From NCBI GenBank assembly GCA_977020255.1, contig CDROCS010002991.1:248001-312000 (forward strand): 64,000 nucleotides of DNA, in the 5' to 3' direction. Every line of letters starts with the position of its first letter. Position 1 is the stretch's first letter. Positions 12,502 through 27,500 of the stretch are shown here, piece after piece. The position numbers and the translations under genes were made by a program. The notes beneath the pieces are model-generated. The model was given only the letters and a program-made list of their open reading frames with translations. It was not told where the DNA came from and made no database searches. The stretch is from Obrimoposthia wandeli (taxonomy: Eukaryota).

Positions 12502-15500
12502 ATGAACTTCTCGATAATTCACTTCAACGACGTGTACAATGTCGAAACTCCGGAAGACAAAACGCAATGTGGTGGAGCTGCGCGTTTCTGTACTGCTGTT
12601 AAACAGTATCGTAGTAAAGTGAGAAATTCTCCGGTTTTGACAATGTTCAGTGGTGACTGCTTCAGCCCATCGATGCTCAGCACAATGACACAAGGAGAAC
12701 ACATTCCAGAAGTTCTGAATGAAATTGCTGTAGACGCTGCAGTTGTAGGTAATCACGACTTCGATTTTGGAGTCGATCAACTGGAAAAGTAAGATGCAAG
12801 CATTGAAATTTATTATATTATGTTTGCTTGAATTTCATTTGATAAAATGAAATCTATATTTAGAAATTTGTATCATTGGTTTGATTTATAGGAAAAAAAT
12901 AAAGTATTTACAATCTTTGTATAAATCTGAATACGATAAATCTTGCATAGAAATTATAGAGTAAGACATAGTAACTATAGTTACCGTCACTGGTCAGTTT
13001 GCTATCGGCACTAGTCATTTGAATTTGTTGTAAAAAAATTAAAATCTAATAATTTTTTACACAACTTACAAGTTGTCATGGTAGTCAAAAAAACATTTAT
13101 CCTGGTATTTATACAAAATTCTGCTCGAAAGTTTCATATTTGATCTGGCTTCGACATGCATTGTGAACAGTCAAGCAAAGATAATAGCGATTTTGTGGGT
13201 TCTTCAATTTTTAAAAATATATGCAGGTAGTCTCAATTTTGACAAAGATAAGATCTAGATTTTCTTAGCACTTTTGTTTCACAGTTCCCCAGAATCTGCT
13301 CAAGTCTTTAAGGGCAATCATCTCAAATTGGATCATCAGATTTGTCAATACTAGATGCCACTGGTCATTCGCCCACTGGACAAGGAGAACAAACGCGTTG
13401 TCATTATTGTCCAAATAATAAGTGCGAGTTGCTTTGCACAGAAGATATGTCAAAATATTTCTTAGATAAACTTCAAATATATTCATTTGTTCATTAAAGA
13501 GAGCTAACTAAATTTATTTTATTTGACAGCAAATGCCATTCGTTTATAGTCTAATCGCTCATACAAGTGGTTAATGGCTTAATTCAGGTCTTCTAACAAC
13601 TCTGGCGAAAAGGGGTTTGAAGACTCATTTGACGAAGCAATTTATAAATAAATTATAAAAACTGACATTATATATTTTGAAAATTATTTTAATTATGTAA
13701 TTAAGGTCATGTCGAACACCCACTGTTAGTTCATTATATTTCCTTCGCAGATGTCTAAGTATGACCAAGTTTCCGTGGCTGCTAAGCAAGGTGACTGACG
13801 CAGTCACTGGGGAAAGATTGTTAGGCAAATTCTGTCAGGAATATCTGGTGATAGATCTTCGAAAATCGGTTGGAGCTAAGATTGGAATCATCGGTGTCGT
13901 GGAACCTGAGTGGGTGAGAGTCACACAACTTTCCTCTACCATTGTTTTACCTTTGTTTCGGTATATTGATGTACGTGATTTTGATATTATGTATGTAGAC
14001 AAATGAAGAACAATTCACGATATATGGATAAAACTCTATAACAATTGTGCTCAACGCGTTTCTTTCATCGTCCAATTATCCTAAATTTTCGTCTACAATA
14101 CTAAATAACGACAATGGGAAATGAAGATTTTCGTTTTACAGTTCCACGTGCCATTGCAGTTGATAGGAAGAAGCTACCAGTTTTTAATCTTCAAATCTGA
14201 CATGGGATTATGGTTAGAAAAGGGTTGGTACTGACAATCTAAATCTTTCTTCGATAAAACAGTCTCTTTCAATTCTTGACCCTGCATCATAAAACTGGAC
14301 GGGGAAAACACACATAAACATTAATCGCAATGATTCCTCATAGATTAACTTCGAAAGGACAAGATTTAGATATTTTCGTTAATAAATCGTTTAAAAGTAA
14401 TTGGGTGATAAATGGTTTTAGGGAATATACAAAAGGGCCTATGTAAAGAGAGTTTCTTATGTGGAAATTGATTTAGTATTGCAATCTGTACTTCTTTACT
14501 GTAAGTGATGTAGCGATTCGCGATATTGTTCATTCATCATGACATCGATTTTTCCTCCAGACAACTCTTCTAAGTCAGTACCCCAACAGGTATGATTCCC
14601 TTCTCCTTCCATTGTAAATGAAGTAGCTAGATAAAATTAACAAATTTGTGAATGCTTCCAAACATTTTCCTCAAACATCGTTGAATTAGTTTAGGGAACA
14701 ATTCAATGAAGGTGACTGTGTAAGGTAACTGAGCTTGAAACAAAATGTGTCTCAATCTCTATTACGTTTTCAAATAAATACAAATATCATTTTAATTGAA
14801 ATATTTATCTTTTTTTCAACTCACATAAAGAAGGGGCAAAAATTTATTTCATTTCATATTTTATCATAGGACACTATATTTTTGTGTGAAATAAAAATGA
14901 ACCTAAATAAATATCTTCCTCCTTCAATTGTTGTACCGTTACTTAACTGGATCATTCGTCTACCTATCCAGGTTGCAACCTTGGCTACAATAGACGCCGA
15001 GGACGTAACCGTGGCTGACTTCTGTGAAGTAGGTCGTGACCTTTCTCGGTGTCTGAAACAGGCTCCTCACAACTGTGACCTTGTCGTAGCCTTGACCCAC
15101 ATGCGATGGCCCAATGATCGGACTTTGTTGAAGGCCGTTCTGGAGATCGACATTGTGCTTGGAGGTCACGACCACGATTGTCAGTGGGAAATGCAACCGA
15201 ATCAGAAGAGGCTGCTGCTGAAGAGTGGCACTGATTTTCGTGAGTTCGGTGTTGTGGAGTAAGTAGACTACTTGTTAATGAAAATGTTCATTCTCTTTTA
15301 ATTATGTGGTCAATAGTGAATGTTGTTTCTGTCCTTAGGATGTTGACGATAAATGTTGGGGATTGTTGGGGGGAACATTTTATCCACTTGCTCACTTACA
15401 TGAAAAACTCTAACTCGGTTCAAAATTTCATTTCACTACTTTTGTCTTCGTCTCTCGACACATCATCTTTCATCAACATCCACCTTCACACAAACTTCTG

Positions 15501-18500
15501 GGGATTATTACAATGTCTGTCACCAGTTTCACAAACAGCATTGCAGTCCCAAATTCCATCAACCATTTTCACTTATTATTTCAAATTATATAAAACTGTT
15601 AATTCATTCAAATGTCTGGGTAGTTTTAACCCCAAGCAGCATACATGTATAATGTTAACGTTTTATCAAGGCACGGGGGTTAACAACAAAACTTGTATTC
15701 AAGTGGAAAATTAATAAGTTTGTAAGTTAAAACGATCGTAATTAAAATAAACTCGGAAAGTAAATTTTCGACAATATTTAAATAAGAAAATGAAAGTATA
15801 AATATCCAACAAATTTGAGAGCTCAAAAATGTTTAATGCTTGATAAATTCTATCCAACATAAATGATGATGATGATGATCAGTGAAGTGAGTTTTGCTGT
15901 TAATTGCAAAAATGTGCTGTTAAACAGCACATATTATGTAATATTATTAACAGTTAATAATCTATATATCCAAACAAGCTTTTAGATTTAAATAAGCAGA
16001 GCAGATGAATCAGTAGAATCATATGCAAATATCATAAAAAAAGAAAATCTATGAAACAATGTATATTGAAAATCAGATTGAAACATACTATATATTGTAT
16101 AACCAATATACTTATGTTAGGTTATGTCGCTTTTAATTTAATTATAAGTTATTGTTTATTAATTATATAATCAAAATTATATCGAAAAAATAATTGGTCG
16201 TCTAATTTTTCATCTATTAGATCTGATCTTATATTTGTATGTAATTGTCTGTGCTTACTGAATGACCTTTCTACTGATGCTTCTGTTATTGAAATTTTAA
16301 GAATTAAATTTAATAAAGTTTCATGCGCTGGAAAATTCGTAACCTCTACGTTTTTATTTAACATTGATAATCATTTTATATTAGACATTTCTTTTTCAAG
16401 ATCATCATGCTTTTCTACTGGTTAAATACTTTTATCTCAAGTTGAAAAGCAGTCAGTGTCAGGGTTGTCTATTAAATATAATTAATCTATTTTTAAATAA
16501 AATTGTTTTAAAATAATCGTCTATTTTTCCTAACGGAGAAAATAAAAAGAGGTTCCATCTTTTCTGTCGCAGTTCTATTTATTTGGATTTTGTAGATTTC
16601 GGAAGACCTAAATCAGTATTCCATTCATCACGTATTTCCCAGAATAGATGATGCCGATTAAATTAGATTCGTCCTTTTGGATAATTAATAAATGTTTAGA
16701 TAAGACCTTTAGAATTATTTGCACCTGTCAAAAAGACTTTTCATCTTTTGAATTACCTACTTTATTTTCTAATCCTCTTAAAATTGATTCAAATCGTACA
16801 TTCCACCTAGTTGGATATGATTTCTCGGCGAGGAACTATGCAAATGTTCATTTACATATTTTATTCTTTTCTTACAATAATTACATATCACATATTTATT
16901 TAAATCCATTTTTTCTCTATTAATATTATGTAACATTAATTAAATAAAAAATATAAAAAGTATTTAAACAAATTTCAACTTTGTAATTTTTTTATTAACT
17001 ATCATAGACAAAAATATAAATTATATTACTTAACTATTGCTAGTAATTTGCTGTTAATGGCATACATTTTTGAATGCTGTTAACATCAGAGATAATGATA
17101 AAAGAAAACAAACCAAATTACATCTTACCTATGTAAAGGATACGGGACCAAAATCGGTGTGTTGTAGAGTAGAAATTGTTATTATTATGTTTGTAAATTT
17201 AGGTCTTTGTGATACAGTTTTATACAGTCGTCGGGCTCCACATGGTGGTCTCTTTGGTTATGTTACGGACAATTCAAAATTGAACCATTATTTTGATCAT
17301 GGAGTAATTTAGTCTCTTAGCTCATTTGTACATTTAGATACGATAGGTTTCTTAAATCCTGGTGTGACTTTGGTAAGACAATCCTGGATCGACTGGAATT
17401 AATTTATGCTTTAATATATTTAGAATATTTTTAATTCTTCAAAATACTAAAAAAATCTAAATAAAACTCTAAAATACGCATAAAATTACTTTTTAAAGTA
17501 AAGTGAATTTATTTTGGCAAAAATGTAAACTAATTAATTTATACTTTCAAACAAAATTGAAAATAAATTTATGCATACAGGTTATTTATTAATATTATTA
17601 TTGTGACAATTAATTTTTATAAATATATTATTTTCTCATTTCTAACATTTGTGATACTTCTTTGTTTATACAGTCAAAATAGCAGTTTATTTAGAGCAGC
17701 GGTTCCCAACCTTTCTAGTGCGGTGACCCCTTGATAACATTTTCCAAGTTGCGGTGACCCCAAGGATAAAATAATTTTATCAACACAACAATTTTTTATA
17801 TTTAATTATTATATATTACCGCGAGAATACAACACAAGGACATTCGGTATCATAAAACAACTTTTTAAAAGGCCTTGCTGCCTTAGGCGACTCCAGGCAA
17901 ATTGTCAGGCGACCCACAGGTTGGAACCGCTGATTTAGAGGGATGTTTTTCAATATGAATCCCATTAAAGAAAATAAAAATTATTTTGTTTTAAATGAAA
18001 TTGAATGTCTGAAAATATTTGGAACTATGCAAAATATATCGAGTTAAATAAAAGGAAACTATATGTTACTTACAATAATGAAAAGTATATATAAGTTATA
18101 ATTAACTAATTTTTTGTCACTTGATTTTGTTATTAAATTCTAATTTTATTTTGATTTAAAGAAAAATAATTTAAAACCAGCTAATTTTCAAAGAAGAATT
18201 TCGAAACCTGAAAATTTAGATTACGAAGAAATTAAACATTTTTTACAAACATCATCCCAAATTCCATCAACCATTTGCACTTATTATTTCAAATTATATC
18301 AAACTGTTAATTCATTCAAATGTCCGGCTATTTTTAACCTCAAGCATAAAGGCAAATTGAATTGACTGAAATGTAGATTACATTGACAGAATCTAAATTA
18401 ATATTAATTTTGTTAATGTAATTTTTTGTGTATTCAGTTGTAAATGTTAAAAAATTCAAACAACTAAAATTATTACTATCTCCAACAGTGTTTTTTTAAT

Positions 18501-21500
18501 TTTAAATATAAATAAATAATCTTTTTTTTCTTAACGTTTTCTTTAAAATATAAATTTATAAAACAATTTCCTTATCTAATAACAGTATATGACTACCAAT
18601 AGTGAAAATTCTATTAATCATTCATTAAACTGTTCAGTAAAGTTCCCTTAGCTAAGGATTTACTTAAGGAAGGTCCACGAGCAAACTCATGACCCTAATA
18701 TTAATGCTCTAACATAACTTATTCTGTGGTCATCAAAACAAATGCGAATGAACCTTCCTGCACTGGCTTTGAGATGTAATAAGCACAGAATATCAGACCG
18801 ATCAGCCTCAACTGTTCTGCAAGATACGGGAATCATTTCTCTGAATGATAAAAGGAGTGTCATCGATCGTAATGTCCATCATCACTGAAGTCAGCTTTTA
18901 ATAATACATCGATCACGATATTCTACTTTGACATTTGGGAAGACAAAACATTGGAGTAGCATGGAACGAAAAGAAGATGTATTGTGGAGCCCGGAGGCAG
19001 CACTTCAATATTGGAACCATGGGACATTTGCAGATGGTAGAGCACGATGCATTAAAATTCAATGCTAGAGTTTTCTCAAGAAAATAATCTTTACTTGGAA
19101 AATTTAATAATAGCAGTTTGGTGTGATGGAACAGCAGTCACAAATGTGGTGTTATATGGCAATGAGTTGAGCCCTCCACTAGTGTGCGTGATATATTTAC
19201 TTCACAATAATGAAATGTAATTGTGTTAGGATTAGGTTTTGACTGAATTGGAATAATTAATCATTTTTATACTAAAATAGAAATCCTTGAAAACAAGGTT
19301 AAATAAAATTAAAATTATTATAAAATTAAAATTATTAAAGTTAAAATGATATAAATTAAATATTAGGACCACGAAGGTCATGTGTAAACGTGTGTAAGTA
19401 TATAAAGGAGAGTTTAGATTGAAAAGGGCCCCCAAGAAAGATTAGCCACAAAAAAAGTAAACGAAGAAGGAAAAACCATCTAAGGAAGGAAGAGTCAAGC
19501 ACAGAGCAACAGAGATTAATTGATTTAGTCACTCGGCGAGCAGCAACAAGCAATTTCAACGAGTCACTCTAGAAGGATCCCTAATTGACTGTCTGGAGGT
19601 AAGTGCTTTGACTAAGTGATTCAGTAAACATACTTTGCAGGAGATACAGCTAGGAATAATTGCCAAGCAGGAGTAATTCAAAAGCACTTAATTGGAACAG
19701 AAGATTGAAGTTGAAATCAACTATAAAAGGCGGAAAATTGTATCGTCGAAAAAACAGAATTGTAAATAAATTAGAGAGAAGCAACTTAAGTTGAAATTAA
19801 TCCGACAACGGAGAAGAAGCAGAAAAGGTAAATCTGCGAACCAGAAACCTAATTTATTTCCTTTAGAAGACAGTGGAATTAGGAAGACGACGAAGACTTG
19901 CGCATAATCAGGAAACAGAGGACGATCAGAACACAAGGGACATCGGAGCGATCAGCCAAATCTTTTCCAGCAACTGGAACCGAGCAACGTAGGACCGCAG
20001 CAGCCGACTTCGGAATCGACACCAGTAACCCAAATTAAAGATATAAAAGCACTGAGAAATCAATAGTAATTAAAGAATTAATTGTGAAAGTCATTACGAA
20101 TTTACACAATTGCTATAACCATTTTTAATAAAAGACCCATTTTGATAAAAGACTCCATAACTTAGAGCAGAAAGTAATTAAGAAAGTTTTAAATAATTGT
20201 TATCGAAAGTACACATTAGTCCAATTCCCTATTTTGATAAAACAGAAGTGTTAAAGTAAATTCAGTTATCCCTTTTCAAGAACAAGAAAGTTGTCCGTTT
20301 TAAGTAAGGAATTTGATTTAGAGAATCAGATTGAGATAAAAGAGTTTCGATTTAGAAATCTCATTAAAATCAGCACATATTTTAGAGCGACCAGCTTTCT
20401 GAACTCAATCCCTATTTTAGAGCAACCAGCGCTCCAGAAACCTACCACTTTGACAGTGCCACATTTTAGAGAAAAGACTCTAGTAACCAACCAACCCTAA
20501 AATAAAATCGATACATGGTTCATCCCCACTTGTGTAGAGACTTGGTGAAAGTCTTAGGAGTAGTATTGTCATTTTTAGAGCGTAATTAGAACGTGTTTAG
20601 CTTAGTGTGTTTAGTAATAAAAGATTTCCTACAACTAGACAGCGTTATAATAGACCCTTCAAGTTTAGAAATAACAAACCTTCAGATAAAATTAGAGACA
20701 GGCAAGCATAACATTAAGTAGGCCACAAACATCTACAAGTCCTGCTTCTATAGAACTGACGTTGGGGCCCTCCACTCAGAGGATTTATATTAGAAAGACA
20801 GTTTCATATAGAAACCCCAACAATTGCATCTGTTGATGACTAATTGCCGATAAGCCAATTTTTGTTTAATCAGAAATTAGTGAATTTGAATTTGGCCAAT
20901 TGGGCCTTGCAATATAAGCACTTTTCGGTACTGTATATGTGTGGTGTGTTCAGTGTCTGGTAATCTGGTAATTGCTCGACATGAATGATGTTCAAAGGAG
21001 ACGTGTACACAGTGGTAATTCATGCACCATTGTTAATGTTGGATTTTAAATAATAAAGTGTCGAATTCATGTCTTTAGAAGGTGTGTGTTTGGCATGGGT
21101 AACACTTTGTTGGATATACCAGCTAAGGATCCAAAGAATTGTACAGCCAGAGTAATTTGTTGAAATCTATTGATAGTTCTACTACATCACTTATTGCCTA
21201 CTCTGATCTAATTAGCAAATCACTCCTGAACTGTGAAATTTGGATACTGTGCACTTCAAAGTTAATGTTGTGGGAATCTGTGACATTGATACGGTACTCT
21301 GGCAGACTACTTGTCACTTGATATCGAAAGACGACGTTTAATCGATTTGTAGACAATTTCGTAAGCTACGACCTTTATTTAGATCTAGATTCACTTAACC
21401 CATTAACGCCGATAAGAAAACAATACAAAATAATTTATATATATCGAAAAACAATTGTATTCACTTATATCCCGAAATATTTTATCCATCAATCTCTTGA

Positions 21501-24500
21501 AGGTTGTAGCAGAGTTTTTCAAACAGAAAGGCATCTTTATGTATTCGAATAATCCAAATGGAGTGGTTATGGGGGTTTTGGGTATGTCCTGTGGTTCTAT
21601 TGGTATGTGATGATATGTAGATTTTAAATCGATTTTCGAAAATATTGTGCTGTGTGTAGATTTGTTGTGATGTTGTGTATGAGTGGTAGTGGTTATGCAT
21701 CTGGGGTTGTAATGTTGTTTAATTATCCGTAGTCACCGCAATATCGCCATTCGCCGTTTTCTTCTTTATCATCATGATGACCATTATGAGTCGGATGGTC
21801 GTATTATGTTGTATGTGATCAATGTATTGAATATGTCTTTGCTGTTTTGTTTTTGTCTGGTGGTAATGGTCTGACTTTGGAAGGAGTATGTCTACCGTTT
21901 GTGATAATTTTGTGTCTGATTTCGTTTGGTTTCTCATTTTGTCGTGAGGATTTTGTGTTGACGGTTTGATGGTTTGATGTGATGGGAGGTGTTAGTATGT
22001 GTGTTTTTGTTTTGTGGTTCGAATTGTTTATATGATCTGTTGTGTGTTGGGGTTTCTATATGAAACTCTGGTTTAGTTAGATCCTCGATGAAGACCCCCA
22101 ACTATAAAAGTAGGGCTTGTAGTTGTTTGTGGCCTACTTAGATTGTGCTTACTTGTCTCAATGTCTAATCTGAAGGTTTGTTTTTGTTTGTTGTTGTGGA
22201 GATGTGTGAAGGGCTGTGTAGACGGCACTGGAAAAATTCCCTTAGTGTGGTGTAATGTATGGAGTATCTGGTATCTGCCTGAGCTCAAATATTTGTTCAA
22301 AACAACATTGTTTAAATTGTAGGAAAACTTTATTATTGAAACCACACTAATTTACGTTTCTAAAAATGACAACAACTAATCCTAACTTCGCTTCACTAAA
22401 CCTCACACAAATAGGGATGTCTTACGTATCAATTTTATAAATTCTTTTAATGAAACGTTTACTTCTTCTTATGATTTTATCGTACAAAATGTGGACGATT
22501 TTAAAGTCAACTTCTTTTAACTTTATCGTAAAATATGGACAATTTTAATTCAAAGCTTTAACTTCTTTTTACGATTTTATCGTACAAAAATTGGCGATTT
22601 AATTTACACTTGTATCTGTAGACACTTTAATTATGGATCATTTTCCCGCTTTAATATGAATAATTTCCCGCTTTAAATATAGTTAAATTCACGCCTATTT
22701 AATGCGATTTACTACGAATGCTCATTGGGTCATTTGCGGTAAGCAGAACTGTCGATATGGGATGAATTAGTTAAACAAATAGTTTCTAACCTTGACATAA
22801 AACTGACTTGTTAACATTTTTATTATTATTAGTCAACCTTAGTGTCGCCCCCGCGCTTGCAAAGCTTTCGGCACAGGACTACATATTGACATAATCATTC
22901 TACAATTTTGGCCAATCTCATCAAGTATTGCAGTCATATATGCAGTGATGTTGCATCTTAGAAATTCAGCATAAAAAAATGTTGAAGTTTTATTTTTACT
23001 GCCTACTTTACATTTTCACTTAAGATCATTTTAGAATGTTGGTTTCCCAAGCAGTAAATGCTCACGACCCTCTCCCAGAGTTCAGGTCGAGGCGGGGGCC
23101 GTTTCCAAGGTAGCAGTATCCCGAGTCAAGGTCGAGTGTGAAGTGGTCGAGGATGCGAATGTGTTGTCCGCACTGGCTTCGTTGACGCAACCTCAAACGA
23201 GTGTAGCGGGATTGGGTCAAATCGCGGTGCCACTGGATGTCACATTCGGTCACATCAGGTGCTGCGAGAGCGCGATCGGGAATCTGGTGGCCGACATTGT
23301 GCTCACCGCAGTCGATGCCGACGTGGCACTGCTCAATGCCGGCACTCTGCGACTGGACCGCACTCTGCCGCTCGGTTCCATGATCGACCGTAGCCTGTTG
23401 TCGGCACTGTTGCCCGCTATCGATCCGCTTGTGGTGCTGCGTGTCAGTGGACATCGACTCTTGGCGGCGCTGAACAATGCTGTGTCGCAATGGCCACGGC
23501 AGGAGGGCCGTTTTCCACTGGTGTGTGGCATCAGACACAGGTGCCAGATGCAGTAACATGCAATTCACAATACACAACACTTCTGAGACAATTTACATAA
23601 CAAAAATACACACATAAAATGGTGCACAATTGCATGAACATTTAGGAGTTTAAAAAGTGTTTTTCGTTTTTTATTTCAAATCTAACTTTTTTGTCAAAAG
23701 TTATTGAGAATATCATACTATCCCATCATTAATTTTACTCGACAGAATCATAATTATAAAATACAATGATATGTTAGGTAACACAGCTCAAGGAAATCGA
23801 GTTATACTAGTATTGTTAGGTTTGTTAGTAGCATTCAAGACATGAAAAATATCGGAATCATTTGATCTTCCGACAACAAACAGTTGATTGTGTGTTTTCC
23901 AAGCAATATTTAAAATTAATGAGTACCACAGAACTTTATTTTAGGTTCAACTTTGTGCCTTATATATACAAGTTCGGTTAAGAATATATTCAATAAATTT
24001 GAAATTCAGTATCATACCCAGAATTGAAACATTAAGCCGTTAAATTAAAAAAACTTTTTTTTTCATTTTGATTATGTTTTTGGCTTTGTTAAGGAATACT
24101 TCTCCGCAATCATTCATCTAAATAAATAGTATTTATTTCAGTTAAACTTAATTTTCTTTTTGTGCAACAGATTTTATAATACAAAAAAATTAAAAGTAGA
24201 GCTTAAATTATACGTACGTGTATTACTAATAAATAAAAGTAGTAAAGTATACATAATATTTATAAAATTAGTTTTTTAAAACATTCTATCTGCGATATTT
24301 TTGGCCGACTCCAAACTCTGATTATACATATTCTGATGAGATACAGTTATATGATTCATTTTATCTAAACTAATATTTAAAGAATTTGAAAAAATATATA
24401 TAATTTTTGAAATACAAACCTAATTGTACCGAAAAGTAATTATTTTGGATCACATAATATTTTAAAGCTATTAATGCAGTTAAAAAGCTAAATTAATGTC

Positions 24501-27500
24501 GATAACAATGAGAAATATGCAACAACAAAAAACAATTAAAAACATTATGGAAAACGATTTCTAATTTATGTCAATTAACTGAGTCCAGGAAGCAATTTGT
24601 GATTCATGAGAAATTTGAAGAATTAATAATTGAAGAGATTAAAATGATTGATAATTTACATAATTTCAATTTTTAATTCTATAAAAGATAATTCTTCAAA
24701 AATGTTGGTTATAATACTCAGACGATTCAGCTGCACAGCTGGTCTTTTATGAGCCCATATCCTATATATGGCACAACTTACTAAATGGCGAATAACTAGT
24801 GATTTGCGATATTATTAAGTAAGATTTTTAAAGATTTTTATCTAGATTTATATTACAATTTGAATGTCTGGGTTTGCAGAATGTTGAAAAACACTTATAT
24901 ATTTTAGATTTTGTTAGTATGTTCTTTTATACTTGTAATTGTTTGTTGAATCTGAGCATTTCATTACTAACCAATGGTATAATGTGTCATTCGCAAAAGA
25001 ACAGTCGTCTTTTTACGTGAGCTTAAAATGTATTACTGCAAAAATCCAAGTATAATATTCCAGAGTTTGCAATATTTCTAATGTACTACTTGTATTTATC
25101 AGCATTAAATTTAGGTATAAATTAGGTTTAACTTTTAAATTTTTTTACAAATTACAAATTTTTGTTACACAAAAAGAAGAATAAAGATTACTGATTTACT
25201 ACTGTTATTTGGATACAAGATTTGTGACAAATGCTTCTTGTGAAATGCCTTTTGAAACTTAAATCCTTAAAATAGCTGCTATCATATGAGTTATGATAAA
25301 CGGATAAAGTACTTCTTTAATGTATAATTAATAGTTGGGCTTTGAAAGTTTACATTCGATCAATTAGATTATGAAAATTTATAGAATCATAAATTAAAAA
25401 TAAATGCATTTTGAAAGGGATTATAATTTTTTATATTTCCATGTTTCCAGGTGAGTGGAGTCAGATTCCGGTTCTTGGCCAATGCAGCGCCGGGGTCGCG
25501 TGTGGATCGTTACTCGGTGGAGGTGCAGGGGAAGACGCTGCAACTGGAGGCCGAGTACCGCGTCTGTGTGAAGGAGTACCTCGCCAATGGCAGGGATGGC
25601 TTCAGCATGTTGCCGGAGTGCGAGGTCATCCTAGATACGGAAGATGCGCCTTGTCTGAATGTAGCGGTACACAACTACTTCCGGGCACTCCAAGTTGGTT
25701 TTCGTACTGCTATTTCTTGAGAACTCCTCACCAGATTATAATAATTATATACTGAGGGTTTGAAAAGACCTTTTGTGGTTTAAAATGACCGTGCATTTGA
25801 TCAAGAGTGGTATATTCGATTGTCTCATTTTTGACTTACATAACCAACCAACTAAGCGATTCTGCTCTTAATAAAAACTGTAATGTGAAATGAAAGGAAA
25901 AAACAAAACTGCGTATGTATTCTCGGCAATTATATCCAATGTAGCAACGCAACTAAAACTGATTTTTATGACTTTTAATTCATAGAGGAAAAACATTTTT
26001 GGTTGTACCATATTTGTATGGGTATTAATATGTACGAGGTGTGTGAAAAGTAATAGGACTGGGTGTATTGTGTGAATTATGGGTGACGGTTTGATTAACC
26101 AGTTGGGTCACCGTTTGATGTACTGTCTGGCGTGTATATAAGCTCTCCTCGGCTATTGTTCCAGTTAACAGCTCCGAAAATTATGATCACAGACCAATGA
26201 AGCCACTTGAAGTTTTTGGTCTGGCTGGTGAAAACTGTGTCAGAAGCACTCGATGTTGCAATCAAATATTTTGAGTAGAATAAGATATTGAAAGATAGAC
26301 ACAATGTAGTGGAAGATGACTTCGGGGGCGGAAGATCTTCAAGGAGAAAGATGGAGGACAATATTGAGTACGTGAGCAGGTGATGCTTGATGATCGTTGG
26401 CTGACTGCTCGAATGATCACAAGTGAGCTAGGGCATCAAAGGCGACTGAATGGATTGGAATTCAATTTTTTTAACCTCAGTCAGGTTGCTTTTCAGACAT
26501 TGGATTCCAACAAATTCTAATGAAGAAACGCTACGGTACATACATTATTATCTACCAAAATCGGCTTACAGAAAAATAACAATAATATAGATATGATAGA
26601 GTGATCCGTAAAAATGTTTAGTTTAAATTACAAAACCTTCCCCAGACCAGAAAATATATTTATATAAGACAGTCAGACATATTTCCTATCAATGACAATA
26701 ACATATTGAATATATCCAATCAATTTGGTCAGTGTCTTTTTCGTTCTTGGTTCAGTAAATAATGTCAATTGAATTTTCAAAGTCATACAAATGAATCATA
26801 CATACCCATACTGTCAAAGTTTATCTTACCACGAACATACTCCAGTCTTGGGGAAATCAACCTGCCATTTCCGTTGAAATCCTGTGAAAACGCCAACTGT
26901 TTGTGTAGCGGGATGATATTGTTTACAAAGTCAATTGTAGAAACTGCCACCAGGGAATGGGATATATAACGTTCATTGTTAATTGATTCATCCTGACGAA
27001 GGACTTCATAAAATTTAGTTCCTCTTAGTCTCACAACTGCAACAAGTTCCAACTGCAATCCAATCAAATTCAATTGCGATTAGCCCCGTTTTGGTGAGAC
27101 GAAATTGAATTGTCTCCAGGAAACCCGTGTCCTTGAATTAAATTCAGTAGGAAATATATGAGTGCCACTTACCAATTGTCTTTAATCAAACGAAAAGCAG
27201 TTTTCACAAAATATGAAATGGAAAAAATCACTCTCAAAAGAATGAAATATTATCACAAATCTGTGCAAAATAAAATATTTAAATGAACAATATCTAAAAA
27301 CGGCAATACAAACCTATATAAAATTAAATTAAAATGTGAATTTTCCTTTTCATTATAAAATTGCATACACCTAATTTTTATTATTATAAATGTTGAAATT
27401 ATGACGAATAGGATGCACTGAAGAATGTCCCAATAAATGAAATCCTGTTGTTTTAAATCAAAATTTTATCCAGAAAATATTATTGAAGGTAATGATTTAA

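Noticed and set aside
15304-15714. Extra exon of the 5'-nucleotidase
   Set aside because: No family motifs; exon 3 splices in frame directly to 23079.
22046-22102. Hammerhead ribozyme reading of the structured motif (GAAAC and CTCGATGA on one strand)
   Set aside because: No intact CUGANGA core, and GAAA is not placed directly after stem II in any copy.
23062-23580. Long antisense ORFs over the nucleotidase exon (and similar shadow ORFs over Polinton genes)
   Set aside because: They are by-products of codon bias on the opposite strand, with no independent signal.
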